A stretch of DNA of 64,000 bases from Patescibacteria group bacterium (GTDB lineage: Bacteria > Patescibacteriota > Patescibacteriia > Patescibacteriales > UBA12465): assembly GCA_041665845.1 (NCBI GenBank), contig JBAYIC010000002.1, positions 221 to 64,220 of the forward strand. The letters run 5' to 3'. Shown one piece after another: positions 57,453-64,000 of this stretch (position 1 is its first letter; every line of letters begins with the position of its first letter). The notes beneath the pieces were generated by a model. That model did not search any database, was not told the DNA's origin, and worked only from the letters and a program-made list of their open reading frames with translations. The translations under genes were made by a program, and so were the position numbers.

Positions 57453-57953
57453 TTATTCTATTTTCAAAATTTTATAATAAACCTCCTTATCAGCGAGGTT
57501 TATTTTTATTGTCTCTCCTTTTTGGTGAGAAAGCAGAGCGGATCCCAGGGGGGAAGAATGGGAAATGGTTCCACTTTCCGGATTAGTTTCAGTTGAACCA
57601 AGAATTTGATAAGTTTTGATTTTTCCGTCGCGTTCGATAGTTACTTTACTTCCGAGCTGAACGGTATTGCTATTTTTTATTGGTTTGATGATTTCTGCCT
57701 TACCCAACAAATCTTCCAATTCTATAATACGTTGATTTAGGCCGCGAAGACGTCCTTTAGCAATTTGATAACCAGTATTCTCGGAAAAATCACCCATTAA
57801 AGCTAAGCGCTTTACTTCTTCTGCTTCGCGTGGACGCTTAACGCGTTTCATAAAATCAAGCTTTTTTTGAAGCTCATAGTATTTATCTTCCGTCATCGCT
57901 GGATCTACTTTTGTAAATAGACGAGAATCGCCCCGTCTTATTGGAACTTGCAT
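57453..57953 (-). CDS. greA: Transcription elongation factor GreA
   Basis: Coiled-coil N-terminus (GDFSENTGYQIAK). C-terminal ISHSSPLGSALL. Confidence 0.9.
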   Translation of the reverse strand: MQVPIRRGDSRLFTKVDPAMTEDKYYELQKKLDFMKRVKRPREAEEVKRLALMGDFSENTGYQIAKGRLRGLNQRIIELEDLLGKAEIIKPIKNSNTVQLGSKVTIERDGKIKTYQILGSTETNPESGTISHSSPLGSALLSHQKGETIKINLADKEVYYKILKIE

Positions 57954-58011
57954 ATGATTATGCTCTTTTCATAGATTATGTCCTTATCATAGGTAAAAAA
58001 GAGTTTTTTAG

Positions 58012-58041
58012 CAAGAAAAAACCCAGCTTTTTGGCCGGGTT
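58012..58041 (-). terminator. Rho-independent terminator (minus strand) after 58068-59096
   Basis: AACCCAGC pairs with GCCGGGTT (7 of 8 bp). The loop is 6 nt. A plus-strand A-run gives a U-run on the minus-strand transcript. Confidence 0.55.
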
Positions 58042-58067
58042 CATTTCGTATTTCAATTTTTCAAGTT

Positions 58068-59096
58068 TTATTCTTGGAAGCTTGTTACTTCCTTTCTTAA
58101 TAACGGAATAAGCTCATTGACGTTAGCTCCTTCCATTTGTTTGGCATATTTTTCCATTATTTCTAATGGTAATTTCTTGGAGTTTGCCAGCAGGTTTATA
58201 TTGTTTTCGATGCTGTATACAATGATAAACAGCCAAGGAAATTTTTGACTTCCATACTCCAGGAGTTCCAGCATGTCCATGCTTTTGTTGATGTCTTTGA
58301 GTTCGATATACCCAATTGGTCTATCAGTTTTTCCTGCAGTAGGAAGAGGTTGGCTTTTTTCGTTGATTGCTTCTTTGACTCTCCGGATATCTTCTTGAGC
58401 CGAAATAAAATCCTGAATTAAATAATCCAAGTTTTCTACCTGATGTCCACAGCAAATTTCATTTATGCAGTCTTTAAAAACATAGCAGTAGTTTTCTACC
58501 TTAGAGTTCAGATTAACATCCATAATGCGGGCGGCGTTTAGAGCCGTAAGGTAGCGAGTCGAGAAATAATTTCTCTTAGTAGAAGATATAATATCTCTTT
58601 CAATATCTAGCCAATCGTCAGGAACGTTAAAGCCATTATCTTTTAATATTTGCAAACAGCTTTTGTTTTTTTTGGTTACCAATTTACCGGAAATTTCGGT
58701 TTGCAAATAGTGCAGCAATCCTTTTTCCCAACACTGGGAAGTATCAGCCCAAATCATAATCGTTTCCTTGTGTTTTTCAACAAAGTCAATCAAATATCCT
58801 TCCTCGGTTTTGTTAACCGGATGAATATTAAATAGGAAGACTTGCTCTTCCGGCATATTCTCATATATCTCATCTGCAGTAATGAAATTACTTATCACGG
58901 CATCTTGCGATATATTGTCAACAATTTGCACTGTTTGATCCATTAGCTCTTTATTAGCTTCTAAATCTTTAGTACTCATCTCAAAAGGGTCGGCTGCTAT
59001 TAAAGCGACTAAACCGAATTTCTCAAAAGAGCTGATAATAGTCGCGACCGCGAAAATCAACTCGGGGTTCCTTGGGTTAATGTAAATTTTAATCAT
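58068..59096 (-). CDS. Hypothetical cytoplasmic protein (342 aa)
   Basis: Long ORF with no TM segment or signal peptide and no motif I recognise. It is divergent from the ECF sigma gene. Confidence 0.6.
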   Translation of the reverse strand: MIKIYINPRNPELIFAVATIISSFEKFGLVALIAADPFEMSTKDLEANKELMDQTVQIVDNISQDAVISNFITADEIYENMPEEQVFLFNIHPVNKTEEGYLIDFVEKHKETIMIWADTSQCWEKGLLHYLQTEISGKLVTKKNKSCLQILKDNGFNVPDDWLDIERDIISSTKRNYFSTRYLTALNAARIMDVNLNSKVENYCYVFKDCINEICCGHQVENLDYLIQDFISAQEDIRRVKEAINEKSQPLPTAGKTDRPIGYIELKDINKSMDMLELLEYGSQKFPWLFIIVYSIENNINLLANSKKLPLEIMEKYAKQMEGANVNELIPLLRKEVTSFQE

Positions 59097-59256
59097 TTCA
59101 ATATGTGTTTAGAGGTTAAATTTTAAAAGTACTGTTTTGGCTTTCCTTGGCTCACCCTTTATGGGTAGCGACCAGGCTTCAAGTTAATTTACAATTTTAT
59201 AGCTAAAAAGTCAAATTTTCTGCTATACTATAAATAAGACATTCATTTTTAGCTAA

Positions 59257-59286
59257 AATGAAGAAAAAACCGCTCTTTGCGTATTA
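59257..59286 (+). promoter_or_regulatory. ECF-type promoter candidate P1 (AATGAAGAAA-N10-TTGCGTATTA) upstream of the sigma gene
   Basis: TGAAGA at 59259-64, a 15-nt spacer, CGTATT at 59280-85, 25 nt before ATG 59311. Confidence 0.6.
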
Positions 59287-59310
59287 AATTTTAGAGTCCC
59301 GCCGTTTTTT

Positions 59311-59892
59311 ATGATAAATGATTTAAATTTAGAAGAGAAAACTGATGAAGAGTTAGTAAATATAATTTTGGAAAACCAAAACACTTTTTCTTGCGTAGTC
59401 AATCGCTACAAAGATAAACTTCTGCGTTATATTCGTCGTATTTCAAGCAGCAACTTGGAAGATGCCGAAGATATTTTGCAAAATATTTTTATTAAAGTTT
59501 ATTTGAATTTAAATGAGTTTGATGGTAGTTTGAAATTTTCTTCTTGGATATATAGAATAGCTCATAATGAAGTAATTGATAATTATCGTAAAAAGAAAGC
59601 AAGGCCTCAACTTATTGATATTGATATAAAAGATAGCCAAATTAAAGAACTTGCTGGTGATACAAATATTATCGAAGAAATCTCGCGTTTAGAATTAAAA
59701 CAAAATATCTCCGCCGCTATTGATGAGTTAGATTTAAAGTATCAAGAAATAATAATTTTAAAATATATTGAAGAGAAGGATTATCAGGAAATTTCTGATA
59801 TTATTAAGAAACCTTTGGGAACAGTTGCCTCGAGAATGAATAAAGCTAAGGCGGAATTAAAGAAAATTTTAGTCAATAAAAGTTCGCATTAA
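59311..59892 (+). CDS. ECF-type RNA polymerase sigma-70 family factor
   Basis: Region 2 FSSWIYRIAHNEVIDNYRKKK and region 4 EIIILKYIEEKDYQEISDIIKKPLGTVASRMNKAKAELKK. 193 aa. Confidence 0.9.
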   Translation: MINDLNLEEKTDEELVNIILENQNTFSCVVNRYKDKLLRYIRRISSSNLEDAEDILQNIFIKVYLNLNEFDGSLKFSSWIYRIAHNEVIDNYRKKKARPQLIDIDIKDSQIKELAGDTNIIEEISRLELKQNISAAIDELDLKYQEIIILKYIEEKDYQEISDIIKKPLGTVASRMNKAKAELKKILVNKSSH

Positions 59893-59896
59893 ATAT

Positions 59897-60706
59897 ATGG
59901 AAAATAATAATCTTGGCGACAAGATACTAGAGACAATTAAAGAGCATCGCATTAAACCTAAAGGGCGATGGTATTTTTTATTGAAAAACTATTTAATTTG
60001 GTTAGCTGGAGCCTTGGCTCTTTTAGCGGCTGGAGCCTCTTTATCAGTAATGATTTATTTTTTTCAATACAATGATTTTGGGATGAGAAGGGAAATTAAT
60101 AAAAGCTTGGCGGAAATGCTTATTCTCACCATGCCTTATCTCTGGCTGATTTTTCTAGGAATTTTTGTTTTTATTATTTATTATAATTTAAAACACACTA
60201 AGACTGGGTATCGTTATCAGATTTGGTTTATTATGATGTCGGCTGTTTTAGCTAGCATATTTTTAGGCGGTTTGTTTTCTTTGGCCGGTTGGGGAGAAAA
60301 ATTAGATGAAGTTTTAGAAGAAAAAACTCCTTTTTATGGCCAAGTAATGAACCCGCATCTTGATTTTTGGTCCAATCCAGAGGAAGGTCGCTTAGTCGGC
60401 GTAGTTGATTCATTCTCAGAAGATGGGAATTTAAATTTAGTTGATAAAGATAGAACAAAATGGACTATTAACATTTCCGAAGAAGATATGAAGATGCCGA
60501 TTATTATGGGCCAACCGATACGTATTTTAGGGGAAAAAGAATCTAAATCTACATTTAAGGCTAAAAAGATTCTACCAATGATGCCGGGCCGTGGTTTTTT
60601 CAAACATGTTGGACCTCGTGCGGGAATGAAATCAGGAAGAGAAATAAATAATAATATGGTTCCGCCGCCAAGAATGAATGATTCAAGAATGAAGAAAGAT
60701 TTTTAG
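59897..60706 (+). CDS. Membrane protein, putative anti-sigma factor
   Basis: Lies 4 nt after the sigma gene. Short cytoplasmic N-terminus, about 4 TM helices and a ~120-aa extracytoplasmic C-terminal domain. No canonical ZAS motif. Confidence 0.5.
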   Translation: MENNNLGDKILETIKEHRIKPKGRWYFLLKNYLIWLAGALALLAAGASLSVMIYFFQYNDFGMRREINKSLAEMLILTMPYLWLIFLGIFVFIIYYNLKHTKTGYRYQIWFIMMSAVLASIFLGGLFSLAGWGEKLDEVLEEKTPFYGQVMNPHLDFWSNPEEGRLVGVVDSFSEDGNLNLVDKDRTKWTINISEEDMKMPIIMGQPIRILGEKESKSTFKAKKILPMMPGRGFFKHVGPRAGMKSGREINNNMVPPPRMNDSRMKKDF

Positions 60707-60717
60707 ATTGCGTATTA
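60688..60717 (+). promoter_or_regulatory. ECF-type promoter candidate P2 (AATGAAGAAA-N10-TTGCGTATTA)
   Basis: The -35-like half lies in the last codons of 59897-60706. CGTATT at 60711-16 lies 62 nt before ATG 60779. Confidence 0.6.
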
Positions 60718-60778
60718 ATTAGCAGATGGACAAGTTAAGATCTTAACCTTCAAACGCTAATTAATTAATTTAAAAAAT

Positions 60779-61285
60779 ATGAAAAAAGACAATTTAATAA
60801 AAGGGGCAGCCGTATTGGGAGTGTTAACTTTGATGGCCGGTGGAGTGGTGGTCGCCGATGCGGCGGTTAATAATTCAGCTATTAAAAATTTAAATAAAAC
60901 GACCGGAGAGCAAGACTGGAAACATGGTCAAGGTCAAGGTCAAGGCAATGGTCAGATGGCCGGTTTAACTACGGAACAAAAAACTGCTAAATTAGCAGAA
61001 ATGGAAGCGACTAGAACTACTCATCAAGCGGAAATGACGGTCAAACGTACAGCGGTTGATGCGGCTATTAAAGCCGGTGATTACAAAGCCTGGGTTTTAG
61101 CGGTTGGCGCTGATAGCCCACAAGCACAAAAAATAACTCAAGCTAATTTCGCAAAATTTTCTGAAGCGCATAATCTAATGGAGCAAGCAAGAGCTATCTT
61201 TACCGATTTAGGTTTAGAAAATGGTGAAGGAAGGGGTTTGGGTATGGGAATGGGCGGAGGTTTTGGGCGCATGATGGATAAATAA
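60779..61285 (+). CDS. Secreted helical protein with Gly/Gln and Gly/Met-rich segments
   Basis: Signal peptide, GQGQGQGNGQ, and C-terminal GRGLGMGMGGGFGRMM. Confidence 0.6.
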   Translation: MKKDNLIKGAAVLGVLTLMAGGVVVADAAVNNSAIKNLNKTTGEQDWKHGQGQGQGNGQMAGLTTEQKTAKLAEMEATRTTHQAEMTVKRTAVDAAIKAGDYKAWVLAVGADSPQAQKITQANFAKFSEAHNLMEQARAIFTDLGLENGEGRGLGMGMGGGFGRMMDK

Positions 61286-61312
61286 TAATCGGTCGGTATT
61301 AATATAATAAAA

Positions 61313-61346
61313 ATGGCTCCTTTACTTTAAGGGGTCATTTTTGTTT
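61313..61346 (+). terminator. Rho-independent terminator
   Basis: ATGGCTCCTT pairs with AAGGGGTCAT (10 bp, two G-U). The loop is 6 nt, followed by a T-run. Confidence 0.65.
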
Positions 61347-61403
61347 TTAAAAAGCTAGTTTTATGCTAAAATTTTAGTGAAATTAAAATTAAATTTATAA
61401 TTC

Positions 61404-63989
61404 ATGGATAATACTATCGGCCTAAGCTCTTTAGAGGCAAGTAAGCGCTTAGCGGAAAATGGTTTTAATAAATTACCCAAAGAAAAAGCTTTAGTTGGTT
61501 TGCGTTTATTTCTTGGTCAATTTAAAAATCCGTTAGTTTTTATTTTGATTGTTGCTTTGGTAATCAGTTTTTTCGCTGGGCATAAAAGTGATTCCTTGAT
61601 TATTTTAATTGTTGTTTTAATTACTAATACAGTCGGTTTTTTACAGGAATGGAAAGCTAATAACGCTCTAAAAAAATTAAATGGTGCTGTTAGTTATAAA
61701 GTAAGAACTTGGCGCGATGGTGAATTATCGATTATAAATCGTGAAAATCTTGTAGTCGGAGATGTAATAGAACTAGCTGCTGGTGATATTGTTCCCGCTG
61801 ATGCAAAAATATTTATTGTTAAAAATTTAAAAATAAATGAAGCGTCTTTAACGGGGGAGTCTTTAGCGGTTGAAAAAAATACTAAAGAAGTTAAGGAGGG
61901 AGTCCCTTTAGCAGAAAGGTTTAATATTGCTCATCAAGGGACAATAGTATCAGATGGTTCCGGTCGAGCGGTGATTATTGCTGTTGGTCAAGATACAGAA
62001 ATCGGAAAAGTCGCGAAATTAATTAAAGAAACTAGCGATGAACTTACACCGCTTCAAAAACAAATTAATAAGTTTGGTCTTAAGTTGGGACTTTTTTTAA
62101 TTATTGCTAACGTTATCATTTTCTTTATTGGTATTTTGCTGGGTCGTGATATTTTTGAGATGTTTATGGTTTCGGTGGTGATAGTTGTTTCGGCTGTTCC
62201 TGAAGGCTTAATTCCGGCGATGACCATTATCTTAGCGGTTGGGATGCAACGTTTAGCTAATAAACAAGGTTTGGTAAGGCGCGCGGTAGCCGCCGAAACA
62301 CTGGGTTCGGTTTCTGTTATTTGTGCCGATAAAACAGGGACCTTAACCCAAGGAGAGATGATGATTGATAAATTGATAACTTATCAGAAGATTGAAAAAG
62401 CGGGTAGTCGTTCTTTAGCTTTAAAAATAAGTGTGATTTGTAATAATGGTTTAATCGAGAACCCAACTGATAAGATCACTGATTTTAAAATATCCGGTAA
62501 TCCAACCGATAGGGCACTTCTTCTATCAGGCATAGCCGCCGGTTTGTATCGGAAAGAATTAGAAATTCTTGAGCCGCGTTTAGATGAAATTGCTTTTTCT
62601 TCTGATTTAAAAATGATGGCAACCTTAAATGAAGCAGAAACAGGCGGCGAAATAATTTATATTAAGGGTGCGCCAGAAAAAATTCTTGAACTTGCTTCAA
62701 CTGTTGTCGTAAATGGTAAAGAAAAAAAGTTGCTTAACAAAGATAGAGAAGAGTTTATTAAACAGATAGAAGGCTTTACTAAGGCCGGTGAACGCGTTAT
62801 CGCTTTAGCTTATAAGAAGCGAGCGGGGATAAAAAAGAGAAATCTAGCCGTTGGTGATTTAGCAGAAATAACTCTGGTTGGTTTTTTATCTTTACGTGAT
62901 CAAATTAGAGGAGACGTTAAAGAATCAATTGCGTCTTGTCGCAAAGCGGGAATTCGAGTAGTGATTATTACTGGCGATAACGCGCAAACGGCGATTTCGA
63001 TTGTTGGGGAATTAGGGCTGAAAATAAATGGTCATAATGTTATTTCTGGAGAAGAGCTTGATAAAATGAGCGATGAAGAATTAAAACGGCGCATAAAAGA
63101 TATTAGACTCTACGCCCGTGTTTCTCCTCATCATAAATTAAGAATAGTTAATGCTTTTCAAGAAATAGGGAAGGTTGTTGCTATGACGGGCGATGGTATT
63201 AATGACTCACCGGCTTTAAAAAAAGCTGATATCGGAGTTGCAATCGGAAACGGAACGGATGTGGCTAAGGAAACAGCTGATTTGGTCTTACTCAATAATA
63301 GTTTTTTAACTATTGTTGAGGCGGTTAAACAAGGGCGAATTACTTTTAATAATATTCAGAAAGTAATTCTCTATTTATTTACTGATTGTTTTCAAGAGAT
63401 GGTGATTATTGGAACAACAGTTTTGGTTGGTTGGCCATTACCGATTTTACCGGTGCAAATTTTATGGATTAAATTAATAGAAGATCCCTTACCAGCGGCT
63501 AGTCTCGCTTTTGATGTCTCAGGTTATGACGTTATGAAAGATAAACCGAGAAGTAAGAGTCAACCACTACTTACTAAAGATCTCCAAAAAATAATCGCTT
63601 TTTACGCGATTATTATGGATATTATTGCTTTATCTTTATTTTATTATTACTTTAAATTTATCGGTGATCTTGTTTTAGCAAGAACGGTAATGTTTGCTGC
63701 CCTAGGTTTCAGCACGATGTTTTATATTTATGCAGTTAGAAGTTTAAAGCAATCCATCTTTAAATCCAAGCCGTTCGCTAATAAGTTTTTAGTTTACTCT
63801 ACTTTTTTGGGAGCGACCTTAATCTTTGCTTCCGTTTATATCCCGACTTTAAATCGTTTATTAAGCACGGTTCCTTTAACTTTAATTGATTGGATTTTTG
63901 TGATAGCTTATGGCTGCTTGAGTATTATCGTTTTTGAAATTGGAAAAAATCTTATTAAATATTTACATCGTGAAAACAAAACTGATTAG
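61404..63989 (+). CDS. Cation-transporting P-type ATPase (type II, Ca2+/Mg2+-like)
   Basis: TGES, phosphorylation motif CADKTGTLT, then TGDN and MTGDGINDSPAL. About 10 TM helices. 861 aa. Confidence 0.9.
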   Translation: MDNTIGLSSLEASKRLAENGFNKLPKEKALVGLRLFLGQFKNPLVFILIVALVISFFAGHKSDSLIILIVVLITNTVGFLQEWKANNALKKLNGAVSYKVRTWRDGELSIINRENLVVGDVIELAAGDIVPADAKIFIVKNLKINEASLTGESLAVEKNTKEVKEGVPLAERFNIAHQGTIVSDGSGRAVIIAVGQDTEIGKVAKLIKETSDELTPLQKQINKFGLKLGLFLIIANVIIFFIGILLGRDIFEMFMVSVVIVVSAVPEGLIPAMTIILAVGMQRLANKQGLVRRAVAAETLGSVSVICADKTGTLTQGEMMIDKLITYQKIEKAGSRSLALKISVICNNGLIENPTDKITDFKISGNPTDRALLLSGIAAGLYRKELEILEPRLDEIAFSSDLKMMATLNEAETGGEIIYIKGAPEKILELASTVVVNGKEKKLLNKDREEFIKQIEGFTKAGERVIALAYKKRAGIKKRNLAVGDLAEITLVGFLSLRDQIRGDVKESIASCRKAGIRVVIITGDNAQTAISIVGELGLKINGHNVISGEELDKMSDEELKRRIKDIRLYARVSPHHKLRIVNAFQEIGKVVAMTGDGINDSPALKKADIGVAIGNGTDVAKETADLVLLNNSFLTIVEAVKQGRITFNNIQKVILYLFTDCFQEMVIIGTTVLVGWPLPILPVQILWIKLIEDPLPAASLAFDVSGYDVMKDKPRSKSQPLLTKDLQKIIAFYAIIMDIIALSLFYYYFKFIGDLVLARTVMFAALGFSTMFYIYAVRSLKQSIFKSKPFANKFLVYSTFLGATLIFASVYIPTLNRLLSTVPLTLIDWIFVIAYGCLSIIVFEIGKNLIKYLHRENKTD

Positions 63990-64000
63990 TGGATGCTAAT

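Noticed and set aside
59140-59190. A GC-richer patch (GGCTTTCCTTGGCTCACCCTTTATGGGTAGCGACCAGGCTTC) in the 214-nt divergent intergenic region could be a small structured RNA.
   Set aside because: I could only draw 4-5 bp helices by hand. There is no convincing stem architecture, terminator or match to any RNA family I know.
60734-60747. A perfect 14-nt palindrome, GTTAAGATCTTAAC, lies in the 5' leader of gene 60779-61285.
   Set aside because: Perfect 7+7 palindromes are expected several times by chance in 64 kb at this base composition. There is no second copy or supporting context.

Overview
This 64-kb window comes from a low-GC bacterium. Hand counts of single 60-nt lines give about 42% GC in housekeeping genes and 25-30% in two accessory blocks. 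It uses the standard genetic code (TGA acts as a stop). Genes are tightly packed and often overlap by a few nt. The core content is housekeeping: serS, ligA, gatC, gatA, ung, maf, rpsD, gltX, rdgB, adk, tyrS, holB, frr, rseP, hpf, asnS, greA, one tRNA-Ser(GGA), a MATE exporter and a P-type ATPase. There are also many short signal-anchored hypothetical proteins. This mix fits a small-genome uncultivated lineage such as Patescibacteria/CPR, but that placement is inference only. I recognised no rRNA, CRISPR array, transposase or integrase.

Accessory content:
(1) The left end (2-10157) holds a 5'-truncated, very Cys-rich tandem-repeat surface protein and a papain-fold peptidase with a T9SS-type C-terminal sorting domain. 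It also holds a compact low-GC four-gene operon (MIO ammonia-lyase/aminomutase, ATP-grasp ligase, APH-type kinase, class-III PLP enzyme). I rate this operon the best candidate for an undescribed small-molecule pathway.
(2) A glycan locus runs from about 28.4 to 43.6 kb. It has a flippase, six glycosyltransferases, two methyltransferases, a three-enzyme 6-deoxy-HexNAc route and a priming phosphotransferase. Its AT-rich core spans 31.9-42.2 kb.
(3) An ECF sigma / membrane-protein pair (59311-60706) is present. A bipartite promoter-like motif, AA[T/A]GAAGAAA-N10-TTGCGTATTA, occurs exactly three times. One copy precedes the sigma gene, one precedes the next gene, and one lies 10 kb away in front of a lipoprotein-HlyD-MacB-type ABC operon.
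(4) An exact 16-mer, TTCAGTTGTCCGATTT, is dispersed in five copies on both strands. Two of these form an inverted pair bracketing the 5' part of a Bro-N-like gene. Near-copies form an in-frame tandem insertion in ligA.

All functional calls rest on motifs I read in the translated ORFs. No database search was run.
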